Assembly: GCF_009914755.1 (NCBI RefSeq) | Contig: NC_060930.1 | Direction: 5' to 3' (one strand) | DNA: 64,000 bases | From: the human T2T-CHM13v2.0 reference genome, Homo sapiens | In this document: positions 1 to 13,934 of the stretch, piece by piece | Position numbering within the stretch: the first letter of the stretch is position 1 | Layout: each line of letters opens with the position of its first letter | Program-made: the position numbers and the translations under genes | Notes under the pieces: model-generated | Databases searched by the model: none | What the model was told of the DNA's origin: nothing | The model's input: only the letters and a program-made list of their open reading frames with translations

Positions 1-75
1 AAGCATTTCTTCCTTGGTAACTAGGACTGTTAACTAGTAATGGAAACTAGTACTGGAAACTAGCAATGAGGATGG

Positions 76-490
76 TGTGACAGAGACCGATAGCAGGCTA
101 CCAAAACCTTTTCACCCCTTCCTGGCTTCCAGATGTTCTTACTCTTAGAAGCAGCCCTGTGAGTTATTGGTGATAGATGTGAGTGGAAGTTCTAAGCAGT
201 CTAGGAGTTAAGATACAGGGCATGCCTCTTTCACATTTTCTTCCTTCTGTCTACTATCTGATCACACTTGAACCATGCAGATCATGAGGACACGTTAGGT
301 CTTCGGAAAACAATAACTTAGATTCTAGGCTCCCCACTTATAGTGTAGAGCAGAACTGCCTTCAAGACTTGGACTTTTACTGTTGAAACTATCACATGGA
401 CAAGAATGAAATTCCCTTGTTCTGTAAGTCATTTTATTTTTGGCTTTCTTCATTAGAGCAACCTTGCCTATATAACAATCTTATCCTATT
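76..490. mobile_element. Old MaLR (MLT1-like) LTR remnant
   Basis: Resembles MLT1 LTR (..tgttctgtaagtcatttt..ggctttcttcattagagcaacc..); heavily diverged. Confidence 0.45.
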
Positions 491-633
491 TTATTTTTTG
501 TTTTCTTTTGCTTTTTTTTTAAGCAATCTTACCTTATGTAGATACACATCAAACATTTTCAAGTGGGTCACTAAATATAATAATGAGACATGCTAGATGG
601 ACTAAATCATGTCAGAGAGCTAAATAATCTAGG

Positions 634-683
634 CAAATGTGAACTTCTGCCTTTTCCACAAATGTGGACTTCTGCCTTTTTCA
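634..683. repeat. 25-bp tandem duplication
   Basis: caaatgtgaacttctgccttttcca / caaatgtggacttctgcctttttca (2 mismatches). Confidence 0.9.
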
Positions 684-1296
684 GGTGAAAGTAAACTGTG
701 TTCTCTGCTTAGTTGGATTTAAAAAAAATTTACAAAATTGATAACCATTATTAAGACCAGTGGAAAGGCCACACTGTTATGCTACTATGAGATATAACAT
801 GTGGAAATGGTTATACTTCCAAGAAGTTTGGCAAGGTCATTCTAGTCCCAAGTGTGAAGTAGTCTGCAGATGACTAGGTTTAAGGCTTGGCACCAATAAG
901 CACTCTGAATAAAATGTGAGTAGCACATATACCCTACTATGATTAGCTTGTCACATATTGTCAACAAACCTTAGCAGAAAGAGACAGGCTGAGGAATGTT
1001 TGGTGAACATGGCTTCTTTTGTCTCCTCTGTTCTTCACAGGTGACATGCTAAGATTGGTGGTGATAATATTCAGCCTGTACAGGGAACGGCCCTTGTCTT
1101 GTCTTTAAGCCCCAAGCAGAGGTTTACTTAGCCTCATACCTTTGACCACAGCACCTTGAAACTTCAGGATATTGACGTGATGTGCGTTGTCTCATCTTGC
1201 ACCTAATATCTGGGTTTTGGATCCAGTTTCTTACTGGACTACCAGTATCATCCTGATACAATGTTCACAGGTTATTTCATAAGGGCTAGAAATAAC

Positions 1297-2600
<1,304 letters not shown>

Positions 2601-3084
2601 GTCCTATCTAACTCACTCATTCAGGTTATCTTGCCTTTCGTTGTCTTGAAGGTGTTTTGTAGCTCTGTAAATTGTAGAAAATTATTCTTGTCCATAGAAG
2701 AGCATATGGAGTGTGTTTAGTAGAATTTAATTGATGACTGCCTATTGGTAGACCATTTTGCATGTTATTTGTAAATTTGTTTCAGAATGTTTCGTTCTCT
2801 ATATGTGTTTCTACTCTTTGAGTGCTTCTTTGAATTGGTTGTAACATATTACTGGTTTCTCTCATAAATTAATGAGTTAAATAAAATATTTGACTTGATT
2901 TTATTTTATATCTGTATTGGAGTCGTGGTTTTTATTGTTTTTTATTTTTGCCACTTATCTTTTGGCAATTGAGATGGGAAAAACTGAGCGAGGAGATATT
3001 TTGCATAGGGTAAGTTTGAGATGCCTGTCCAAATGAAAATATAAACATTTTTCTATCCATATCAGCCATTCAGGGAAAGACACG

Positions 3085-3650
<566 letters not shown>

Positions 3651-3968
3651 TAACAATAGAAATACTACTGAGAAACAAGATAAGGCTAACTCACACACAC
3701 AAAAAATCCCTAAGTCTTATGAAGAAATATAGCATCTATGAAAATCAAACACACTACAGGGAGATTTTTACTATGACTAGTTTTCATTGGAAGTCTTTTC
3801 TTTCTTCCAATCACTCAATTGTGTGAAAAAGTTGGAGAACTTCAAGGAGGAAGCAAAGGGAAGAACAAGTCAATCTGAAAGCCTGTTGACCTGCAGAGTG
3901 TTGCCACTGACACTAGGAAGAGGCTTTTACAAATATCATATTAGTACCGCATGTAAAACAATTTTTAG

Positions 3969-4262
3969 GGCTGGGCACAGTGGCTCATACCTGTAATTCC
4001 AGCATTATGAGAGGCCAAATTGGGAGGACTGTTTGAGCTCAGGAGTTTGAGACCAGCCTGGGTTACTTAGCAAGACCTCATCTCTACAAAAAATAAAAAA
4101 GCCAGTCACAGTGGCATGTGCTGGTGATCCCAGTTGCTAAGGTGGGAGGATCACTTGAGCTCAGGAGGTCAAGGCTCTAGTGAACCATGATAATGCCACT
4201 GCACTCCAGCCTGGGCGATAGAGCAAGACCCTGCCTCGAAAAACAAAACTAAACCAAACAAA
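3969..4262 (+). mobile_element. AluJ-type
   Basis: Diverged Alu dimer with A-rich tail. Confidence 0.88.
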
Positions 4263-4479
4263 ATGACTCCACAATTTTTAGAAAACAGGATTGCTTGGGG
4301 AAAAAGAGAGATAGAAGATAGAGCTGTGAGATTTTTATCCATTAGGAGACTCACAGAGTGGTGTCCTCTTCAGCTTGTCCTCTTTCAATACACTGATACT
4401 TACTTTATAACTGGAGGCACTTTATATGTGTTGAACACCTACTGCGTGCTAGGTACTTCACAAGTAGTACTGCTAATCC

Positions 4480-4630
4480 CAGAAACAGCCTGCCAAGGTA
4501 TGATTATCCCTACTTTAGAGATGTGGAAACTGAGGCTCAGCAAGTTTATGTAGCATATCCTAGGACACATAGTAAGTAAATGGGAGCCAGGATTCAATTC
4601 GGCATTGTCTGACTCCAAAACCTATATCTT
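4480..4630. mobile_element. MIR
   Basis: Core attatccctactttagagatgtggaaactgaggctcag..ggagccaggattcaa. Confidence 0.75.
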
Positions 4631-4982
4631 ATCTCCCACACAATTCTAAATAATTGTCATCAAAGTGTGATTCTGGGAACCAGGATCATGGGCTTATACC
4701 TTCACCCAGGAGTAAAGAGATGGTGCCTTTCTTCCCCCTGCCAGAATGATTTCCACAGAGACCAGCTAATACAGGAGACTTATGTAAGATCCAGAGTCTC
4801 ATAACATAATACCCCAAATGCCCAGAACACATGAAAAAAGATTCTTCATAACAATAACCAGGACAACTTCAATTCGAATGAGGAAAAGGCAATCCACAGA
4901 CAACAACACCAAGATGTCACAGATGTTGGAATTAACTGATAAGGACTTTAAGACAACCATCAAAAAAAATGCTTCAGTGATT

Positions 4983-5145
4983 GGCCGGGTGTGGTGGCTC
5001 ATGCCTGTAGTCCCAGCTACTCAGGAGGTTGAGGAGAATGGATTGCTTCAGCCCAGGAGTTTGAGGCTGCAGTGAGCTCTGATCACTCCACTGCACTCTG
5101 ACCTGGAGAACAGGGTGAATCCCTTCTCTAAAAACATTTAAAAAA
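4983..5145 (+). mobile_element. Free Alu monomer (FRAM/FAM-like)
   Basis: Single right-arm-type monomer ggccgggtgtggtggctcatgcctgtagtcccagctac..cactgcactc..aaaa. Confidence 0.8.
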
Positions 5146-5240
5146 ATATCTTTTTCAATGAGCAATTATGAACACATTTGAAGCCAATGAGAAAAATAGA
5201 AAACCTCAGCAAAGAAACAAATAACCAAATGGGAATTTTA

Positions 5241-5522
5241 ATTTTGTATTTTATTTTATTTTTTTGAGGCAGGGTCTCGTTCTGTCACCCAGGTGGGAGT
5301 GCAGTGGCACAATTATGGCTCAATGCAGCGGCACAATTATGGCTCACTGCAGCCTCGACCTCCTGGACTCAAACAATCCTCCAGCCTCATTTTTGTTTTA
5401 TTGTAGAGATAAGGTCTCCCTATGTTGCCCAGGCTGGCTTCAAACTCCATGGCTCAAGCAATCCTCCCACCTCAGCCTCTCAAAATGCTGAGATTATAAG
5501 CATGAGCCATCATACCCAGCCC
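5241..5522 (-). mobile_element. AluJ with internal 24-bp duplication
   Basis: TSD aaatgg(g/a)aatttta at 5227-5240 and 5523-5536; gcag(t/c)ggcacaattatggctca occurs twice. Confidence 0.88.
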
Positions 5523-5951
5523 AAATGGAAATTTTAGAGATGAAAAATACAGTAACCAAAATAAAAATCTCACTAGAGGGTCTCAATAGAAGAAAGGAGG
5601 AGACAGAAGGAAGAAGCGGTGAACCCGAAGATAAAACAATAGAATTTACCCAGTCTGAACTGAAGAGAGAAAACAGACTGAGCAAACAATGATTACATTG
5701 GGTGAAATGTAATTTGGCACCAAACACTTGAGATCACATCTTATAGGGATGGTGCCTCATCATAAAATGTCACTTCCTAAATAATTCCTGTTCCAGAGCT
5801 ATTGCAGTTAAATTGTTTAATGGTAACATTTTTTTTTCTTGTAAAGGTGTGACTGTTCTATGGAAGACATAATATAAATGTCTTTCCTTCAAAATGATTA
5901 CAAAGTGAAACAGAATGTTTAGGTTCTAAAATACTTTTTAAAAGTATGTAA

Positions 5952-6292
<341 letters not shown>

Positions 6293-7049
6293 GAAGCTAT
6301 TAATATTTTACTCCAACCCCTTTATTTCATACGTGAGGAATTTCAGGCCAAGAGAAAATGAGTGACTCACTTAAGGTTAACAGCTAGTTAATGACAGAGG
6401 GACTGGGCCTCCAGTCCAATAACAACTCATGTAAATATCTTTTTCATTAATCAAAAGAATTTTAAAAGAGACACTTAACCATAAGAAACAATAAAATTTT
6501 TAGCACCATCTTTTTACTGAAGGTAATATTCTGGAGTTTATGAGAAGTTAACTTCAAAAAAATCCACAGCATTGGGAAAGATGACAAAAAACAATCAAAA
6601 TACATGAAAATATAACTTTATAATTAAGGTTTCCTGTTGCTAAATATTAATAAAATAAAAAATTTGTTATCATCTCTAGCAAAACTTCTCTTATGTGTTA
6701 GCTAATGGGAGTTATGGAATCAGTGGTAATACAATATGACCTAAAAATACAGCCATTGTTTTCCATAGATGCTCTGTTGCTTGATGAAGGAAAATAGGCC
6801 TTTATAGAAATGGGAGATTAAGGGAGAAAGAAATGGGTTGCTTCATAACCTGAGAACAGAAGTGATTGATAAGAAAAATAATTATGTTGCATGAATAAGA
6901 AGAAGGTGTGTACTTATGCCTCTACATCAAGTGTAAAAAGCAATTCCACTATTTCAACAACTGTTTTTCAGATTTCAAGTGTAATGCTACTATATTTTCC
7001 TTCACTTTTTATTACCCATTAAGCCCCTTAACACGCCCCCTCCACCACT

Positions 7050-8300
7050 ACCAAATCAAACCTCTGTTCTAAGTCAGTGCCAAGAAGCTGAGTTTCATTG
7101 TTTCTCCCATGCAAATCAAGTTGTGAATATTTTGCAAGGGAGATCCTGCAAGAATGTCTGTATACAAAATAGTAAATCACAACTGGGAAAGAAACTTGCT
7201 GGAGACGTGTGCTCTGTTTTATGTCATTTGGAACAATAGCAATCACCAAAATGCAGAAGTTTGTGATTTTAGAGCCTGGGAGCACCGCTATTTGGTTACC
7301 CAGATTACAGGCAGTGGTATGTTGGACTGGATTAAACCAGAAGAGGAATCTGTTTATCCCCTCTGCTTTAAACACCAATAAAAAGCACTGTTCCTCTCTT
7401 GAAGGTGCTGAAATGCAAAGCAAGCTCCCTACTCCTTTTCTCTCTCTTGGTGGCATTTGAACGTGTAAAGCTTTGAATACCAATTGCTTGAACTGGACAT
7501 ATGTGAATCTCTTCTAATCCTACTAATCCTGTCCCCAAGTGCTTCTTTGTATGTGGAGGCAGCACACATAGATCTAAGTAAAAGTGGCCATAATCCTGGA
7601 AATGTGGAAAAATGTCCCAGTGTGAGAGATGCGAGAGGGAGAGCTCCCTGGCAGAGGGACCTGCTGAAGAAGCTATTGTGTCAGTTCAAGGAAAAAGAGG
7701 GGGGACCGAGGCTCAAGGGAACATATGAAGGAGCCCTCTCACCTTTTCTGAGCTCCTGGGAGGAGAACAAACCCACCCAGCTGGAGTCCTCCCTTGCAAA
7801 CAGCCTTGGTACACTTGAGCAAACTTAACAGAACTGAGACAGTTTCCAAAGGCTGGGAAATTCACCCAGCGGCTGCTTTCAGTGGCCTGAGCCCAGCAGG
7901 CCGGGGCCCGACGACGTGAGGGCTTCATTATGCTGCAGAATTTCCTTTAAGACAGCCGGCCTGTTTACGGATTTCTGAGCCGTTGCTCCCTCTCAAACAG
8001 GAAGGGAAAGAGTGGCGGAAATTTCAGTAGAAAAACCAAGACATAAAATAATCCTACAGACTCTATCTTGTCAAGACTTTTCAAATAGAAGCAGGAGATA
8101 CACAGTGAGTTTCTAAATTACTCCGTTTTGCTGAGGCAACTTGTGAGACTCTGACCATCCTGGTTGCAATTGTCCGTAAGGAGGCACCGCAGCTTTTGAA
8201 CTTTCTAAAGGAAATGTGGCCGCATTCTCCTCCTAGTGAAGAATGCGTGAATCCATCCATTCACAAATAATAACTTTTGCAAACAGAGTATTTTAAAGTT
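7050..8300. promoter_or_regulatory. Candidate enhancer
   Basis: Unique sequence; five TAATCC/GGATTA sites, CTTTGAA 7471, TGTTTAC 7962, REL-like sites, local CpG retention 7869-8020. Confidence 0.3.
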
Positions 8301-8999
8301 TGTGGAATATTTAATACCGGTTTTTGAATCATGTTACAAGGGCTGAGTGCTGATTAACAGTATAAGAGTTACATTTTTCAAAAAGCATTTCCAGTTTTAC
8401 AAGCCCTGTGAAAAAGATGATGTAAATACTGCAATCTCCATTTGATGGAAAAGATATCATAATTATATTAAAGAAAGTTCACTGATCTGAAAGCATACAT
8501 TTTTCAACCCAAATATGCCTGACATATTTTAAAAGAACCATCAACACAATACCCCATCCAGGTGGTTAGTACAACTTAAAGTTGTATCAGGTGCTACAAT
8601 TCAAACATATTTATTTCTTCTATTTTGTTCAACTCATGTTCGTTGTTCATTTGTTATTTGTTTGTTTTATAAAATATTAATTGCTATTTAAAACTATGCA
8701 AAACATTTTAGGCAAACATTATTTTCAAAACCCAGGTCCTCTTAGGGAAATAGCCTGACTGTACTTAATACTGAACTAGAAGGTTAGTGGTGCCATAAAT
8801 GTAAATGAAATAGAGTATGCAATATAATACAATCTAAATATATAAAATAAGCAACCACAAAAGTATCCTCCTTCCACACCTGAGAGAACAAAGTTTTGAA
8901 TGAAAAACGTTGCTTTGTTGATGTGAAACAAACAAACAACCCTCCCTCAAAAAGACAGATATTAAGGATCCTAATTATTTTACTTAACGAAACTTGTTA

Positions 9000-9185
9000 T
9001 GTATCAGGCACTATTCTAAGGAACTTACAAATATTGAAGCATCATAATAGCCCTATAGGGTGGGTGCTGTCATTGCCTCCATTTACAGATGAGGAAAAAG
9101 GGACTTGAAGGGACTTGGTTACTTGCCCCAGGCACGTGGCCCCTGAGCCACACTGGAAGGCATCCCAGCGTCTACAGTCCTCACT
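9000..9185. mobile_element. MIR
   Basis: ccatttacagatgaggaaa..acttgccccagg core. Confidence 0.65.
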
Positions 9186-10165
9186 CCTGGCCTCTCTCCC
9201 AGCTGCCTCTGTTCTTGAGACACCCACTCTGAAGACGTGGCTATCTAGGTTGCTAGATGTCAAATTTACAGCAATGAGAAAACCCAAACGAACGTAAAAT
9301 GCATTTTTAAGGTAGTTTGTTGAGAGATAAAGAAAAGCAGAATCAAGACAATGATTGGCTTGCATCTCCTGGCAGCAAATTCGAGCACAAACATGAAATT
9401 CAGTGAGCTAGAAAGCTTTCTACCTGATTTGGCAGAACAAAACTCCAAGAAGAAATTTCTAATAAGATTGATGAAATTTAAATCCCGTTTAGTGCTGTAT
9501 GTCCGACAGACCTAATGAATATTTCTCAATGAGTATTATGAAAGATTTCCACAAAGCAGAGTAGAAAATTGAGGTAGTTATTTAGAATAGATTTGTGACC
9601 TTGGGAGAGCTGTTTCCTCAGTCTGTGCCTCAGTTTCCTCATGTCTAAAATAATCTTGAAGGTCCAGTCTATCCCAAAAATATTTGTGATTCTAGAACTT
9701 ATGTAATTTCAGATAACAACAATAAACCAAGCAGTCCATAAATAAAGAGCTCATGGGGTTAGTGTATACAGCAAGTTAAATATGACTTATCCTCGGGATT
9801 CAGTTACCTCAGCCTGACACCTTTTGTCCTTCTTCACCTCCTCTCAGGCCACCTTCTCCTTAAGCTGTTGCTGTTGGTAGGCAGCTTCACACCTGGGGTA
9901 TCCCATACCTCTCATATCTTGTGTTTTGCACCAAAGCTCCTGTAATGGCAGAAATGGTTTTGCTCATGCATGGACATGGAAGGGACTTGACACCCCCTGG
10001 GCTAACCCTGGATCAATGAGGTGTGGGATCCAGTGGATACCTGTGCTCCTCTTCTGTTCCCTGGCAAAGGATTTCGAGGTGCATTCTATACAACTCTTCA
10101 GAGGATCCTGGCCAGACAGAACCCCTGGGATCCACAGTAGTGGCCAGCTGGACTTTGCATCCTTG

Positions 10166-11067
10166 TGTTGGAGCTCAGGACTTACCACCCCAAAATATGG
10201 CTGCAGAAGACCAGAATAGGCTACCTCAAAATATACCTCTTAGACATATTGATTATTTTGAGCTGGCTATTTGGAGGAACTGCAGACACAAGAGTAACTG
10301 AAAAGTTACCCTTTCATAAGAGAAATTTATATCTGATAAAAGAAAACTTCAGCCGAATTATGTTCAAAAGAATTTAACTGAGAAATGAACGATTTGTGAA
10401 TTGAGCAGCTCCCAAGCCCGAGTAGGCTCAGAGACTCCAGTGCAGCCATGTGGTGGAAGATTTATGGACAGAAAGAGGAAAATGACAAACGGAAAATGGA
10501 AGTGAGATACAGAAACAGCTGGATTGGTTATAACTTGGCAATTTGAACATGGTTAGAACAGTTGGCTACATTTGATTGGCCAAAATTTGGTGATTGGCAC
10601 AAGTGTAGGCTAAGGTCTGTTTACATCTCCACTTGTTATAGTTCATGATGTACAGAGAAACCTTTATGCCAAGCTTAAAATATGTAAGGAGGCAGCTTTA
10701 GGCTAAACTTGATTTAACACATCTATAAGGAAACTTTTGTTAGTAAAAATATCTACCAGGAAGAGAGCTGCTCCAAGACAACTTTTATCATCTGAGAGAC
10801 TTTTGTCTTTGTAACCAGGCAACCTTTATTTATCCTATATTTCCTCCCTCATCCTCCCATAATTTGCCCCCACCACGTCTTAGAAGCCTAAGCCCCAATT
10901 CCTTTCGGTAGCTCAGGATAATATTTGAGCCTCAATCATCCAGCTACTTCTTTCAGCGTCTTATTTTTGGGTTTTTCTCCTGTTAACCTGTCTCATATTA
11001 ATTTAATCACAAATCAGCCAAACAACGTAGAAGGGTAGAAAGAAGCATTTTTTTTTCCTCTCCTACA
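10166..11067 (+). mobile_element. MER34/MER39-group ERV1 solo LTR
   Basis: TG..CA ends; accaccccaaaatatgg..gattattttgagctg; 4-bp TSD cttg/cctg. Confidence 0.75.
10334..10719 (-). mobile_element. MER57-type ERV1 solo LTR nested in the MER34-group LTR
   Basis: Reverse complement begins tgttaaatcaagtttagcctaaagctgcctccttacatattttaag; TSD tatc/catc. Confidence 0.85.
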
Positions 11068-11459
11068 CCTGTATTGGCTGTTCTTTATTCTGTTTTATTC
11101 TTTTCATTGCTTATTCCCATTTTGTTTTGGTTCTACTTCCCCCAAATACAACATCTGCACACAACCTCTTATCTATGTACAAGCTCTTATCTCAGATCTG
11201 TTTCCTAGGACAATCTTGGCTAAGACATTCCTTAAAACAAGTGCAGTCAGACTCTATCAATAGATGTATATGATGTTCAGAACTAGGGAGGGGATAGTAA
11301 CTTCCTTCATAAACTGATCAGCCCCAGGGTAAAACTCTATGCTTAGCATTGCCACCGCATCTGAAGAAGGCATTGACAGGCAGAACTGGCCCAGGAGGGA
11401 GCCTCCAGAATTTGGAAAAACTGAAAGCTATGTCACGGAACCCAGCAGATAGTACTCTG

Positions 11460-13400
11460 CAGAATAGTATTCATCAGAGAGCATAATTTATATCATTAAA
11501 TATTAGAAGAATCTGCGTACAATGGGTGGAAAAAAACAACTTTATCAAGTCAATTTTAGAAGAAATGTTTAACAGCTCAAAACTTAAAAAAGATAAAAAG
11601 GAAAATTGCTGTGGCAGGTAGCATGCTTTCTCAATCAGAAAGAACTGAACAATTCTTGGCACAGAGCTCACAGAGGGAACCCTTTGATGGGCCGAACTTG
11701 ACTTTCAGAAGAAAGTACATTGTAGCTTTAACTCAAAACTCGGCTTTCCTGATGGAAATCTGGCCTGAGTTCTAACATTCTTTCACAGAACATACATGAG
11801 GTTTTTAACAGTGCCAGAAATTGACAAACAAAAATGAGTAAAATGAAAAAAAAAATTGACCCTGAAACAAAACGAGAAAATGAGTTTCTGAATGAGCTAA
11901 ATTCACTCTTGCAACAAATAGCGGAAGCGGCAAGAATCGTCAAAGTTGTTCCATTAATGAGAGGAGTTTTGGAGTTGAAGTTATTTGCCAAGTACTAGAC
12001 TAGAACTGAGACGCACCCGACTGCACGTGGTGTTTTGAATGGAATTCTAGAATATGGAGGAGTTGCTTTGAGAATTTAAAGGCGGGAAGGAGCTCTCTGA
12101 AATCCACCTGCCGGCTCCCAACTTTTTCTCATCCTTGCACTTTGCAAGCAGCACTGCATGTTGAGCAGATGAGGAAAGGACCTTAGCTCTAGAACCCTCC
12201 CTATAACTTAAGTGGTGACAGAATTTTTCTAAGCTGAAGTTTACTCTGCCTTTATGTTAAAATAAATGTGATAATGCTATCTTAAAAACAAAAGCATTTC
12301 TAATATAAAACACTGTCTAATTGGGCACAGTGCAGCCTTGGAAAGATGTAATAAGCAGGAAAGTTACATTGATTTGTTTGTTATCACCTTAATTGTTGAT
12401 TCTGCTGTGTTAAAAGTGATTGTGGTTGTGTTAGAAGTGAAGCAGTTTTCCAGCTGCAATGCTAATAAATTCCAAGATCAAACAAGATCTTGCTAATTAC
12501 TGAGTTCATGAGGACAAGTTCAAAAGCAGAGTTACGTTCATAATCATATGTTTCAAAGCACCTTGAAGCAAAATAAGTTCCCAATTTGTGGCTCTAATAC
12601 TACATACTTGGCCTTTTTTCCTTCAGAATGTATCAAGGAAGTACATTTTTTGTGTTTTACATTATTAATAATGTACAATTTAGGGAACAAAATTCTTTGG
12701 CAAATTAAGAGACTTAATACAAATAACGTAAAGCTGAAAGCTCATCATTACCTATGTAAAAATACATCTAAAGGAAGAAAAATATGACATTTTAATGAAG
12801 GAAATGAAATTAAAAGCCACTGGGCATTCATTTTCCCTCCTCCAAGCTCCTTACATGTAGACAGAAGAAAATGAACTCACAGGGAAGTTGAGGCTCTCCT
12901 AATCCCGTTGCTCTCTTTCCAACATTTTGTTTTGGTTGTGCCTGTAAGAATGAAGGAGACACTGGCCGTCATCCAAGAAACCCCCCCCACTTTTTTTTTC
13001 TCCTTAAGCAAAAACTCACCAGCAATCTGGAATGGTTTAACACCCCTTGTTGGTGTTATTCGGGTATTTCTCAGAAATGCTAATGAACAATTCACTTTGG
13101 CACTTTAGATAAACACAATCTGGTGGTGTTATTTGGGCATCATTCACACTTGCTAATGATTGACTCTCTCTGGCTTTCGTATGCAAGAGCCAAACCTATG
13201 ACGTCGTTGGGGGCCTGAAAAGCAAGTAACTAGCTCACCTTAGGGGAAACTTGTAAGTTGATCAGCTTTAGGTTTAAGCTGGTGGTTGCTTAGGCATGGC
13301 CTACTCAACACAAGACTGGCCAACTGGAACAAAACAAACTTCAGCCACCTCCATCAGCGCCACATCTCAACTGTGTGCAAGCACTTACCTGGCATTCATC
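11460..13400. promoter_or_regulatory. Candidate developmental enhancer block(s)
   Basis: Apparently repeat-free; CCTTTGAT (TCF/LEF) 11681, ATGCTAAT (POU) 12459 and 13077, AACAAT (SOX) 13086, TAATCC 12900, GGTGTTA x3, TGACGTC 13199. Motif evidence only. Confidence 0.4.
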
Positions 13401-13802
13401 TGTGTATAGTGCTGTGTTTAATACAACACCAAGCATGGTAAACAGACACAGTCTTTGACCTTCTGAGGTTTTATAACCTAAAAGGAAGGGGCAGCAGAGA
13501 CAAACATATTACTAGTTAAACTATATATATAGTGAGTTAAACTAGCTCACTGTAGTTCCAGTGCTTTGCAGACAGTGGTACAGGAGAAGCCCTTTTAATA
13601 TTCATCAAGCACCTGAAGTCAGTTTCTACCGCTGTTTTTTGTTGTTTGTTTGGTTGGGTTTTTTGGTTTGTTTTTTTAAAAAAGACCAAAAAGAAGCATA
13701 TTTCTGCACGCCTCCCCCCTTTTCTAGAGGAAGAATTGAAGAATTCAGTTTTTATCAATTGTATTTAGTTAATTCCAGGGATCCTAGGCTCTGAGACCAC
13801 AG

Positions 13803-13934
13803 TTTTATCTAAACAAACCCATAAGTCAATGACTGTAAGATTTATATAAGGGTGAAGTTGTTTTATCATTTTATCTAGACGAACCCATAAGTCAATGACT
13901 ATAAGATTTATATAAGGGTGAAGTTGTTTTGTCA
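13803..13934. repeat. 66-bp tandem duplication
   Basis: Units 13803-13868 and 13869-13934, 4 mismatches. Confidence 0.95.

Larger units (their letters stand above)
4790..5690 (+). mobile_element. Old L1M ORF1-region remnant, split by two Alu-family inserts
   Basis: cagatgttggaattaactgataaggactttaa..aaaaatacagtaaccaaaataaaaatctcactaga..gaagataaaacaatagaatttacccagtctgaa. Confidence 0.65.
9783..11227 (+). mobile_element. LTR16-like ERVL solo LTR split by a MER34-group LTR (segments 9783-10165 and 11068-11227)
   Basis: 3' end ..tctcagatctgtttcctagga..ctaagaca; the sequence joins up across the insert. Confidence 0.65.

Noticed and set aside
7028-7828. 151-aa and 114-aa ORFs in unique sequence
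   Set aside because: Non-ATG starts, no recognisable family, no splice context; lengths compatible with chance
7869-8020. CpG island/promoter
   Set aside because: Too short and too few CpGs for an island
13803-13934. CRISPR-like array (also considered for 36458-36543 and 13051-13159)
   Set aside because: Only two units, no spacer series, no cas genes, eukaryotic context
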